DNA of 64,000 nt from Octopus bimaculoides (GCF_001194135.2 NC_068985.1:106411462-106475461); one strand, 5' to 3'; positions 13,560-25,854 are shown, counted from the first letter of the stretch. The notes: generated by a model from the sequence alone, not told the origin. Program-made: numbers and translations.

Positions 13560-13751
13560 GATTCTCTCAATATTATTGGTACTTATTTTATTGAGTCTTA
13601 TTGAGTCCAGATAGATAAAAGGCAAACAATTCTAACAGGATTTCAATACACAATGTAACTAAATGCTACAATGCATTAATCAGGCACTGTACAATTTCTA
13701 CTATCCAATATCCAAATAATAATAATTATAATAATCATGTAATTTAAATGG

Positions 13752-13967
13752 TTAACCCTTTGGCATTTAAACCAGCCATATCTGGCTCAAATATTCTACC
13801 TGTTTTCTGTTAAAACCAGCCAGATCTGGCCTCTCACACTCAACCTACAATGTCATTCTAAAAATAAACAAAAACTCAAAGCTACAAGATGATACATGAT
13901 TAATTGAAAACAATAGGAATAAATAAGCATTGCATTTGATAGAGTTATTTTAATGCTAAAGGGTTAA
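13752..13967 (+). mobile_element. piggyBac-type MITE (TTAA-CCCT...AGGG-TTAA)
   Basis: TTAACCCTTTGGCATTTAA ... TAATGCTAAAGGGTTAA. Related copies at 23275-23491, 23580-23806, 24147-24374 (reverse), 51775-52001 (reverse) and partial ~12925-13040. Confidence 0.8.
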
Positions 13968-15233
13968 ACTCAATGTAGCAATTTAATTGTACTTAACAAA
14001 ATTAGTTTTCACAATGGAGAAACATCAAAAATATTTGCTTTAAAGCATGAATTTTAGACCTGCAAAAACAAGACCTGTAGAAACAAGAAATATAACAGTT
14101 ACCCTAAAAGTGTTATCAATTTGGATGTCATGAGTTCAAATTCACTCTAGGCATTTCAGTGATTATTTTATTCTACATTAGGTCAGTTCCCAAAGATGCT
14201 GACAAGAATAAGTACCAAATTTTCCATGTCAACGTCACTATAGTAAATTTACTGATGTATTTTCTTTATGTCATAGCCTTGGAGGAAGGGCAGCACCTAT
14301 GTTCTTTTGAGGATAAACCAAGCAATGAGAGATGGTAGGGGCCCATAGAAGGGTAGCTTAGTTAAGAAGTTCTTATATCAGTCACAGTTAAAAGCTCTGC
14401 TGATGTAAAATGAAACACTATTACTTTTGCTAAACGTGAGAATTCAGTAAAACTGGCTTTACAGAAATCATGCTAGAGATCACTGAGGTGTGAAAGAGAC
14501 TCAGGGTGTTGCAGTAAGTAAGTGAGTGTTAATGACTTCTCATTGCATTTCAAATGTTGGATGTGAGAGCAATATGTCAATAGTTGGAAGGGTCAGAGAA
14601 GAAGCCCTTCTTAGGAATGAGACCCACTTTAGTGTACATCATTCAGTGTGGCATTCACTAATTTATGTAACATGTTAAGTTTAGCAGTTTTATCTCATTT
14701 CAAAATTCCACTTTATGAAGACAAGCAGACAACAGAAAAAACATTGAATTGTACCAGCATACATTATATAGCTTTCTTCAGAAGAAACTGGAATAAATTC
14801 TTCACAGATCGGTAGACTGAGAACAGTGAAGAATTAAGTGTTCTTCCAGAAACAACAAAACAGTTGCAATGGATATGAAATCTTAGCTTACAAGTTCGTA
14901 CCATTCTAATATTTTCAGTCTGTCATAATAGAAATCCCTACTTGTTAGCCCTTTTATTACCAAATTTCTATTAAAATGCACTACCATTGTTTCAGTTAAT
15001 TTTGAGAATAATGGATTTAGTAAAATAACTTTGTCATTATTAAGATGGTGTTTGGATCATAAATTAACATGAAATTTTGATGTAAGATTGTAAGTTAAAT
15101 TACTTCAAGACAGTAAGTTTATATAATAGGATCAAGGCTAATTTAAGGCAGGTTGGTATCAGAAGGGTTAGCAATGTATTATAAAATTAACGGATCTCCA
15201 AAGAGAATTGGAAAAAAAAAAAGACCAATTTAC

Positions 15234-15336
15234 CTGTCATATGTGTCAGTCTCTTCAGTTTTCTCAGACTCTTGTACAGGCCAAGTTTCAAATGTTCTTG
15301 TAATGTATAAAATGGCACATATAAGAAGCATAACAC
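15234..15336 (-). CDS. TMEM72: TMEM72-like exon 5 (VMLLICAILYITRTFETWPVQESEKTEETDTYD-R)
   Basis: Acceptor TTTTCTCTTCTTTGCTAG and donor CAG|GTAAAT. 103 nt, phase 1 to phase 2. G.ML....LY is the last TM helix, followed by an acidic tail. Contained in ORF-track 15230..15505. Confidence 0.92.
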
Positions 15337-17757
15337 CTAGCAAAGAAGAGAAAAGAAAAATGTAAAAATAATGTTTCAAATTTTGGCACAAGGCTTGTAA
15401 TTTTAAGGTGTGGGGGCAAGCGTATACCATTGATTCTGGTACTTGATTTTTTTTATTGTATTTTATTGACCCTAAAAGGATGAAAGGCAAAGTTGACTTA
15501 AGCACAATTTGAACTCAACGTTAAGAACTGGAAGAAACACAAGGCATTTTCCCCAAAACTTAAATGATTCTGCCAGCTCACCACTTAATAATAATTTATA
15601 CCACTCTCCTTTCCACTTCTATGGTACCTTCTAGTTTCTCACCTCTCCCCACAACCTCTGATACTTGCCAACTTTTCTCTCTCTTCACAATACTTTCACA
15701 GAATTCTCTCCACAGCTTCCCTGTCAAAGATGCTTTTCCTGCATTTATACCCACTTCCCATGCCTATGTACCATCCAGGCTCTCTTTCCACCACTGCTTT
15801 CGTTGCATTCATCCAACCCTCCTCTGTCCTCTATCTCATTTCTCTCCCCACAGCTTCTCTTAACTCCTATCCACCTTCTCTGGCCAACCTCCATTAACTC
15901 CAAAACTTATTCTTTCCTCTACTGACTCTCTTTGGATTCTTTATCACCCTCACCTATTTCTCTCTTTTATGTTACTTTCCTCTCCCATATTCAGCATATA
16001 CTTTACTTATAATATACGATAGCAGTGGGTCTCTTCTACACAACCAACATCACTCCAGTTTCTCTGTCTCTCTTTTTCTTACCAACACCTGACACTAATC
16101 CTTTCTTCCATTTGTCTGTCCCTTACCTACTCACCCAATCAAACAGTGTATAGACTATCATTCTCATAACTATATATCTGTTGCTCACATCATATTTAGC
16201 CTCTCCCAGAATCATCATACTCTCTGCCTTATTCTTCAGTTGTGGAAGACCTTCAGATGCTTTGTAAAAAAAAAAAAAACCAAAAAAAAAACCCAGTACA
16301 CACTGTACAATTATTGGTGTTAGGAATATAATCCAACTGCAGAAACCCTGCCAGAACAGACATTGGAACACAATGTGATCCTCCAACTTCTTGGTCAAAC
16401 TGTTCAAGGCATGTTAGTGTGGAAAATGGATGTATGATGATGATGATGAATGATACTTCACAGCTCATGATCTATCGAAGTTGTGTACATGGGCATGTAC
16501 ACATGTATTATGAAGGAAGGTTTTCAAGATGACACTAAATTTTTCTAATTGAAGGAAAATATCAGTGATAGTTATTTACATAGATACACACATATTTTGC
16601 AATGAGAGGCAAAAATTTGTGCACAAGCAAATTTTCTCAAACACTTAGAGCCAAAAATAAGAGGGAACACTGTTCATAACACAGACATAAGAGTGCAACT
16701 TGGTCAATACTTTAAATTTAACTAATTAAGAAAGATGCAAAGCAAAGTTATTACTAATGAAATTTGAATGGCTGTAACTAGATTCTCAAGGTAGTTTGTT
16801 AGATATGTTACTGATTCTGCCATGACAATCCCACCAAAAAATTTTAATAATTGCGAACGATGGTACCAAGTAAAATGTTTTGAGGAGATGATACAATTGA
16901 TTCAACCAATGTACCAGAAAGAAAGTGAGTCTATTGACTCTGGAATAATGAAAAGCAAACTCAGTTCTTCTCTGATCTGAACTCAGAATTTACCACTCTT
17001 AATAAATGTAATGATGATAATGCTGAATTTTTATTACTTAGATACTATTAATTTATAGTATCACTAGGAATAGGCATGGCTATGTTGTTAAGAAGTCTGC
17101 CTCCTAAGTACATGATTTTGGGATTGATTTTTTGTTTTGATATCACATGATAGTTGTGAACAAGTGTCACCATCATACAAGTAGTGTCTATTTCCAATCC
17201 TTTGTGAAAACAAGTCTGACCAGGAGCAAAAATTACATTACTTGGGAACAGATAAGTGTTGGTAACAGGAAGAGCATCCATCCATTAAAAACCTGGCCCA
17301 ATGAATTCCATCCGACATATGCAAACATAGAAAATCATTATCGTTAAAACAACGATGACAATGATTGATACTATTAATTTCTAATAACACTATAATGTTC
17401 ATGTCCTTCCAAAGGACCTTAGTGATATAAGCAAAGTGAAGCAGTTCTAATAAGAAAGTAAAAGCAGGTCATAGTATGATAAGACAGATATAGAAATGTA
17501 GGCTTTGACTGGTATATGGTTACAGCATCAAACAGTTAACACAGAGTTTGATAGATATACAGGCCAGACTGTTTCATAATGTTGCAGTACTGGGTAGCTA
17601 TACTCTCATATACATATAACCTGTGACAAACTACAATCCAGAGGAGAATTATCTTTTTCAACACTGGTGCACCACAACCACCAGAGACAACAGTAGATAA
17701 AAAAGTTAAGGTAGAAGGAATAAAAAAAAGAACTGCAGTAAGAATAAAGGGACTTAC

Positions 17758-17891
17758 CTGCTAAAATACCAAGAATAGGATTTTGTAAATGTAAAAAACT
17801 GGGCCAGCAAAGAAGAATGTACAAGATTCCTTTTTTCCATGTGTCAATCCACAAAACATACTGCCAAAGTTTCATACATGTGGAATCATCA
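17758..17891 (-). CDS. TMEM72: TMEM72-like exon 4 (DDSTCMKLWQYVLWIDTWKKGILYILLCWPSFLHLQNPILGILA-G)
   Basis: Acceptor TTTGTCTCTTTCAG and donor CAG|GTAAGT. 134 nt, phase 2 to phase 1. W..W.K..LY.LL...FLH pattern resembles TMEM72 (recalled [21 protein letters not shown]). Contained in ORF-track 17606..17956. Confidence 0.93.
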
Positions 17892-19904
17892 CTGAAAGAG
17901 ACAAATATATACAAGTTAAAAAATGGCAACAAAATCTCACTAAAATCAATGCACAAAACTCACGGACCTTAAGTTACTCTGTTGCTTCTGCTAAATACTA
18001 ATATATATATGCATATATATACACACACACACATATATCCAGCGTGTCCATTTTTAGGATGGAAAGAAATGGGGTGAGATTTGGTTGCTATTTCTAGTAG
18101 GCCGTGTGACCATGTTGAGGTTCTCTCATTGGCTCGATAAGTACCAGTAACGCAGTGTGGTCAACGACATCGACTGTGTTACCCACTTCCTACAAAGTTA
18201 GTGTGCGTCTCTAATAAAATGAAATCAGCATAACAAAAACAATAATTTCTTAGATTAATGAAAAAAAAAAGACGTAAGAAAAGGGAAGAGAACGTTGCAA
18301 TTTTTCTCACTTATCCCCACTTCTATTACAAACCAGCTTAATTTATATCACATGCGAGACCATTTCCTTGTTTAGTGAAATAAGTAGTCTACCCTTGTAT
18401 ACTTGTCATTTAGAGTTACCGCCCCTGTTTTCTAGCTGGCTTGCCTAATTAAGATGTATCAAGTACTCGTTACAACTTTAATAGATTTATACTGTATATA
18501 ATCTAATAATAATTTTCTATAGTCGACCGGAGGTAAAATGCAGGCTAGAACGTGGTGAGTTACTTGAACTAGTCAGTTTGTTGCTACTATCTATTAATCT
18601 TTAATGACAATCCAGCGAAATGCATAACTCCTTTTTATTCTAAACACGCTATGCATAGACGTTGTGTTCAAATATTTTGCAGGATTATAGTGTATCTTTG
18701 TACCATACATTGCCACATTTTACTACCGCCAAACAAATACCAAATCGCCCTGGAAATTCTGTCTGAAAATATACTAGCGACTTCTCTCTGACGGAGAAAT
18801 ATTATCTACTATACGAGGCAAAACGGTAGTGATGCGACGCAACAGTTGTAAGGTTAATGAATTGGACCGCTGGCCATATTGTTATAAGTTCGTATATTAT
18901 TACAGTCGCTGTATTGCTCTTGTGATGAATACACTAGTTACAGTTTATCTAATTATACAAAACAAAAACAAACTTCTATGCTTTTTTTGTATCTTAACAT
19001 ATTTGTTGCTACAAATACACCACTCCAGCGACGTTAGCAAGAAAAATAAAATAGATATAAAATAGTAATGAGGAAATGGCTTTTTTAATATCAAGAAATG
19101 TAACAACTTTATTCGAGAACATCCTGGGCCCTTGTGATATATTACTATTATCAATGTCCTGTCATCAAGGACTGTATTCACTTGTGCAAATTCCTATTAA
19201 AGATGTTTGTTAATTCTCCAGTGACTTCCTCCACTTTATAACACTTTTGTCTTAATATCTAACACACACACACGTCTCAAAGTATGTTGATCTAAAATCA
19301 CCTGACTGTTGATCACAATAGAATGTCAACAATATTCATATATTTCCCACATAAATAGTATAATTTTATTTACTTTTATTGAAGAAAAGTAATTAAAACA
19401 AGAAGTTAGTAAAAGCATAATTAAACAAGTAGAGTGACATTCCATGTATATATACTCTACCTACCATTCCATGTACACCTCCACTTCCCATTCCTTTTAG
19501 AAATATTTGACCCAATATTGACCCGAAAACTAATTAATGAAAACAAAAGAGATCTTTCTTTCCACATGCAATCAGTTTTTAAAAGTAGTAACTGTTATAT
19601 GTAATACAGCAGCCAATGTCTAAAGAAGTAATGTGGCTGAACACAATACTTTTTATTTTTATTTTTCTGGTTTTATGCATTGTTAACCAAAACTTCATCC
19701 ACCACATAGAAATAATATTAAAAAAAAAGTAAAATTTCACAAGAGAAAAATATTTATTGGCCTTCCTCAGACACCAAGCACGATATTTTAATACTTAATC
19801 AAGGAAAGGAACATGACAAAACAGTGCTACGTAATCTTCTAATGATTTGATAGGATAGATAGCTTACTTTCATCAAGACAGTTTTTAGTACAACAGGTAC
19901 AAGC

Positions 19905-20295
19905 ATGGCTGTGTGGTAAGAAGTTTACATCTCAAACACACAGTTCTGAGTACAGTCCCACTGTATAGCAGCCTAGGCTACTGTCTTCTAATAAAGGCCT
20001 AGTTAAAACCTTATGAGTGGATTTGGTAGATGGAAGCTGAAAGAAGCCTGTCATGTACATAGGTACATGTGTGTACCTAAATAATGTGTGATAGTTGTAA
20101 ATAAATGTCACTGTTATGCAAGCAGTCTTCTTTGTTCCTAATCTTCCATGAAAACATGTCTGGTTATGGAGAGAAATTACCTTACATGGAAACAGGTGAG
20201 GGTTGGTGATAAGAAGTGCACCTGACCATAGAAAATTTGCCTCAACAATAATTCTGTCCGATCCATGTGAGCATGGAAAAGTGGATATGATGATG
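19905..20295 (+). mobile_element. Composite SINE (family A head plus RTE-like tail, family B)
   Basis: Family A head, then TGTGATAGTTGTAAAT...GGAAACAGGTGAGGGTTGG...GCATGGAAAAGTGGA+(TGA)n. Similar copies near 2450-2800, 52440-52870, 57000-57385, 57610-57970 and 58990-59265; reverse near 37410-37810 and 41150-41550. Confidence 0.75.
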
Positions 20296-21404
20296 AAAAT
20301 ACAATATCAATCAAAATTAATCAATCAATGATTGATAATTTTTTTGTCATTTTCTGCTTTAATTGAATTAAATAAGGGTTTCTTACATAAGCACAAACCC
20401 AGAGAATTTCGAAGAAGATAAATAATCTATTCAAACAACTTCAGTTCTTGACTCCATACTTATTTTATCAACCCTGGAAATATGAAACGTCAGAAAAACC
20501 TTGATGGCAATTGAACTCTGAATGTAAAGAGACTTTTCTTTGGTGCTGGAATTATTACAAGATGAACAGATTTATACTTGTGAGACAGTGGAAAAGGAGA
20601 GGGTGACCGAGTAGATAATACTGGGGAAGAGGACATGGAAGAAACAGAGGAAACGGTGATGAGATGGGTTGTATGATTGGCATCCAAGGTTATACATATT
20701 TATTTCTAGTTATAGTCCATGTATTAAATGTTAACACTAATTGACTTAGCTGTCAGTTCATTTGATCATCATTGTCATCACCAGAACAATGACAATGGAG
20801 TAAATATTAGCTAACTTAAAATCAGGTGAGGGTTGGCAATCAAGAGGGCATCCAGCTACAGAAAATCTGCCTCAGTTCTGTCTGACCCAAGCAGTATTTA
20901 CTCCAGACCAGACATATCTTACAGAAGACTGGAAGCACAAAGCCACTTGTATGATGGAGACACCTGCTTACAACTGTCATGCAATCTCATGATAAGGAAA
21001 CATACAACAGGTTTCTTTCAGATTCCATCTACAAAATCCACTCACAGGGCTTTGGTCAGCTCAGGGCTATAGTTGAAGACACTTTCCCCAAAGTGTACCA
21101 CACCATGTGACTGAATCTGAAACCATGTGGTTGAGAAGCATACTTAACTATGTAGTCATATTCATTTATACTTAAAATTTTATTAACTCACTGTGCCTGA
21201 ATTAATTTTGCTAACTTGCATACTTCTACTCTGGTGCATTGAAGACTAAAGGCATTTACACTAAACTGTTGTATTTTGGTTAAAGTATGCTGTGGTATGT
21301 TGATGATATGGAATAGTGCCATCTAGTGTAGTAGTGGTGTTGCTATTGCTGTTTTTTCCCATACCAACTTGCCACCTTCGTCATCATCATCACCGCCTTA
21401 ATTA

Positions 21405-21700
21405 ATAATAATAATAATGGTTTCAAATTTTGGCACAATGCTAGCAAGTTTGAAGGAGTGAGATAAGTTGATTACATCGACTCCAGTGCCAATTCCTATT
21501 ACGGGCACAAGGCCTGAAATTTGGGGATGGATGGGAGCAAGTTGATTGCATTGGCCTCAGAGCTCAACTGGTAGTTATTTTATTGACCCCAAAAGGACAA
21601 GTGGCAAAGTCAACCTCGGCAGAATTTGAACCCAGAATGTAAAGACAGATTAAATGCTAACAAGCATTTTGCCTGGCATGCTAACAACTTACCTCCTAAA
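21405..21700 (+). repeat. Dispersed repeat family F (AAT-rich start; GACCCCxAAAGGATGAAAGGCAAAGTxGACC...GAATTTGAACTCAGAA)
   Basis: Related blocks at ~8750-9035, 10305-10500, 15370-15590, 16860-16990, 20400-20530, 21720-21850 and 41700-41830. Confidence 0.65.
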
Positions 21701-22295
21701 TAATGACAATAATATTTTAATTTTCTGATTTAGATTCAAAGCCAGCAATTTTGAAGGGAGGGGGTTAGTTGATAGCATTTACCCTACCAATATAAGACTG
21801 GTACTCTATTTTATCAAAACCAGAGAGACGGAAGGTAAAGTTTACCTAGATAGAATTCCTACCATGGACTAAACTAATTAGCATGTGCTTTTTAAAAGAT
21901 GATAGGGTGTGATAGAAGGGAGATTTGACTGTTACTTCTTATAGGTTGAGCAACCATGTAGAGGCTCCTTCCACCTGTGTGTGATGAAGAGTAATGTAAT
22001 GTGTGTGATGTACTGTACTGCATGGTGCTTGGTGTACATTAGCATGAAGAAATGTACTTTCTGAGCATATATGTTTCTGAGTGTGTGTGTATGTGGTGGT
22101 TATGCTTATGTGATACTAAGTCTGTTACATTTGTTACTGTGTGCCTCCATGGTTGTGTGTATGCATGTGTGTACATGTGTGACAGAGAGAAATATAGCCT
22201 CTCTAGGAGTATGGTAAGCACAGAAGGCTGTGATAATCAGAGTAGGGTGTGAGAGTGTGTTGGACAGTAAGGAGACAGAGACAATGACCACTTAC

Positions 22296-22367
22296 CTGAT
22301 GCAGAGAGACAGCCAAATGTCAATCAGGAATACAATCTCAAGGAAAAGAAGGATGAGTGCTGTGAAG
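22296..22367 (-). CDS. TMEM72: TMEM72-like exon 3 (FTALILLFLEIVFLIDIWLSLCI-S)
   Basis: Acceptor TTCTTTCATCTACAG and donor CAG|GTAAGT. 72 nt, phase 2-2, hydrophobic TM helix with the central Glu typical of TMEM72. Confidence 0.93.
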
Positions 22368-22392
22368 CTGTAGATGAAAGAATAACAAAGAT

Positions 22393-22586
22393 GGATTAAC
22401 ACATTGAAGGATTAGCTTAGTGAAAAGTTAACATAGTGGAAGGTTAACACAGAGAGGAGTTAACATAATGAAGGGTTAACAGTGAAAGGTTAACACCACG
22501 AAGGACTAAAGAATTAACACAGTGAAGGGGTTAAATTAGTGAAAGGTTAATACAGTGAACAATTAACACAGTGAAGGGTTAACACA
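22393..22586. repeat. 16-bp minisatellite, about 12 units, consensus AAGGGTTAACACAGTG
   Basis: Units read directly; abuts the exon 3 acceptor region. Confidence 0.85.
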
Positions 22587-22756
22587 CTTCACCACCACCA
22601 CCGACACCACTACCACACTATTACCACCTTTCCATGCGGTCCCATGTGAATGTTACAAATGGATTAAATATAAACAATCTACATAACTTGCAGAACCAGA
22701 ATCAGATCATGTAGACAGACTGCCACACCCACAACACCACTAATAAAATGATACAG

Positions 22757-22816
<60 letters not shown>

Positions 22817-23274
22817 CTGAGTGTGGGACTCTGTTGCAATTGAGTATGTGTATGGAAGTGTAAAAAAAGTGTGTGTCTGCAGTTATGGGAAAGAGTATGT
22901 ATCTTTGTGTGTACAGATGTGTGCGTGTATGTGTGAAAAATACTGGGTGTTAGACAGTGAAAAGGTATGATAATAGCAGAAGGAAAAAAATAAAAACTGT
23001 ATATATATTCATTCTACTTCACTATAAATATGATGCAGTATGCACAGTCCACATACATGTAACTAGGTACCATGTAAAGGTACAGTCTATACAGTCTACC
23101 TTAATGTAAACAGAACGTTGTGGTGGCTGTTGTTTAGTCACAAGAGAGTTTATCCTAGAGCTAGGATAAACTCTCTTCCATCCTACCTGTTAATAGATAT
23201 TTGGAAGAATCAATATCTTACATGTATGAGATAGATACATATACATTGATTGACTGGGCAAAACACTAACATAT

Positions 23275-23806
23275 TTAACCCTTTAGCATTTAAACTGACC
23301 ATATCCAGCTAAAATATTCCATTTGTTTTATGTCCAAACTGGTTAAATACAGTCTCTCATATCTACCTTACAATTTCAAACTAAAAGTAAACAGTCTCAT
23401 CTCAAAGTTACAAAATGATGCATTATTAATTCAAACCAATGTGAATAAATAAGCATTACATTTAACAAACTAATCTGACTGCCAAAGGGTCGACTTAACT
23501 TCCTGTTTCCTCACCACTAACAAAAGGGATCAAGTAAAAAGACCTATACAAAATATTTTATATACAGGTGAAGCACCTTCAAACCTTTAGCATTTTAACT
23601 GGCGATATCCGGTCAAAATATTGTATCTGCTTTATGTTCAAACTGGTCAGATCAAGCCTCTCATACCTACCCTACTATGTCATTCTAAAAATAAACAATC
23701 ACATAGCAGAAATTTTAGAGGTATGAGATGATGTATGATTAATTCAAAGCAATATAAATAAATAAGCATTACATTTGACAGAGTAACCTGAACACTAAAG
23801 GGTTTA
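23275..23806 (+). mobile_element. Two adjacent piggyBac-type MITE copies (23275-23491 and 23580-23806)
   Basis: Both start (T)AACC(C)TTTAGCATTT and end ...AAAGGGT; internal sequence matches 13752-13967. Confidence 0.75.
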
Positions 23807-24146
23807 AAAGGATTAAAGCAAAAGATTGGTGCCTGGCTTTTAAGATAGGGGTGAGGGTGAAGAAAAAAAACTGAAAGAAAACATCTTAACTTATAAGAGC
23901 AGGCATGGCTGTGTGGTTAACAAGTTCAGTTTGCAACCACATGATTTCAGGTTTGGTTCCACTGCATGACACCTTGGGTAAATGTCTTCTACTATGGCCA
24001 AGGATCAATCTGTGTTTTGTGGGTGAATCTGGTTGACAGAAGCCACAAGAAGCCCACCATGCGTTTGTGTGTGAATGTTGATAGTCTATGTTTGTTGCTT
24101 GAGCAAAACATTAATAATGTTGACATTATTACAGTTGTAATGCACT

Positions 24147-24374
24147 TTAACCCTTTCGCATTCAGATTATTCTGTCTAATGTAATGCTTATTTATTCACA
24201 TTGTTTTCAATTAAATATCCATTATCTTTTTGCATTGAGAGTTTGATGATGTGCCTGTTTATTTTTAGTATGACATTGTAGGGTAAGTGTGAGAAGTTGA
24301 ATGTAGCCAGTTTGATCATAAAACAAGCATGATATTTGAGTTGGATCTGGTTAGTTTAAATGCTAAAGGGTTAA
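24147..24374 (-). mobile_element. piggyBac-type MITE, reverse orientation
   Basis: TTAACCCTTTCGCATTCAG ... AAATGCTAAAGGGTTAA; interior is the reverse complement of 13752-13967. Confidence 0.8.
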
Positions 24375-24554
24375 ATGACTTGTGGAATAAAGGAAAATCT
24401 GTTACTTGAAAAACAGGCAAGAGTTGGTGACAGGAAGCGCATCTAGCTGTAAAATCTTACTGAAAATAACTTCCCATCTAACCCATGCCAGCATGGAAAA
24501 AGAGATGTTAAAATGAATGAAGGAGTGGAAGTAAAGGACTGCCTTGTTTCTTTT

Positions 24555-24953
24555 TGGCTGTGTGGTAAGTAGCTTGCTTACCAACCACATGGTTCCGGGT
24601 TCAGTCCCACTGCGTGGCACCTTGGGCAAGTGTCTTCTACTATAGCCTTGGGCCAACCAAAGCCTTGTGAGTGGATTTGGTAGACGGAAACTGAAAGAAG
24701 CTTGTCGTATATATATATATATGTATGTGTGTGTATATGTTTGTGTGTCTGTGTTTGTCCCCCCAACATTGCTTGACAACCGATACTGGTGTGTTTACGT
24801 CCCTGTAACTTAGCGGTTTGGCAAAAGAGACAGAGAGAATAAGTACTAGGCTTCCAAAGAATAAGTCCTGGGGGTCGATTTGCTCAACTAAAGGCGGTGC
24901 TACAGTATGGCCACAGTCAAAATGACTGAAACAAGTAAAAGAGTAAGAGTAAA
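24555..24953 (+). mobile_element. SINE family A copy, near full length
   Basis: High visible identity to 9862-10262 and 30263-30631. Confidence 0.88.
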
Positions 24954-25062
24954 AGCAAAAGACTGAAAGATGACCCTTAAATAGGCATGAAGCAAAGAAC
25001 TGAAAGAAACAGCCTTAATTATGGGTAAAAGGTAAAGTAAAGGATTAGTAATTAATACTTAC

Positions 25063-25123
25063 ATGAAATATATGGCAATTGTACGGTGAAACACAGCAGT
25101 CTCTATACCAACTCCCCAGAACC
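25063..25123 (-). CDS. TMEM72: TMEM72-like exon 2 (G-FWGVGIETAVFHRTIAIYF-I)
   Basis: Acceptor TTTTTTATATTCTGCAG and donor AT|GTAAGT. 61 nt, phase 1 to phase 2, open. GVGIET matches the TMEM72 GVGTET motif. Confidence 0.92.
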
Positions 25124-25654
25124 CTGCAGAATATAAAAAAAAAAACACAATTAATCCCTCAGTATCATCTTCATTAATGGTTACAATCATAAAATCATAA
25201 CCACATCCTGATCTTGGAGATGCAGGTCTTACAATTGAAATATTAACGACATTTTATTTCTGAATGTGAACCAAATACAATAATTTTTATTTTGTTATCT
25301 ATTGTATTTTTGTGGTGTTAATTTAATTTTATATCCATCTATCTATCACTGTTTCAATGTCCATGTATCTGTTGCAGGGTTAGTTGGAAATTGTTGAAGC
25401 GTATTTTCTATGGCCATATGCCCTTCCTGTAATATTTCTCCTTGGCCAGAAGACTAGAAATGAATGATACTGTTTGTATGATGATGATGATGATGATGCT
25501 TACTTACAACTATCACATGATGTTAGGAGAAGAACACAAACACAATTGGCTCCTTTTGGTTTCCATCTAAGAAACGTACACACACACACACAAGAAGCCT
25601 AGTACACACCAACCACCTACCCACTTAAAGGAATCCTATAATACCGTTAAAGGA

Positions 25655-25851
25655 ATCCTGGCTTTAACGGTATTATGAAAGGCCTGGTTGGAGGCCCACC
25701 CTCCTGAGTTCTTTTACAGAGCTTAGAAAAACTGAAGGAGCACTGCAATAAGTGTGTGAATTTGAGAGGGGAATTTGTTGAATAAAATCAAAATTAACTG
25801 ATCCTCCTGTATTTTCTTTTACTCAAAGCCAGGAACTTTTCAGTAACCCTC

Positions 25852-25854
<3 letters not shown>
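25655..25854 (+). mobile_element. Mariner-derived MITE (about 210 bp), copy 1, left end damaged
   Basis: Similar to 25903-26119 and 36591-36801; right TIR AAAGCCAGGAACTTTTCAGTAACCCTCG+TA. Confidence 0.8.
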
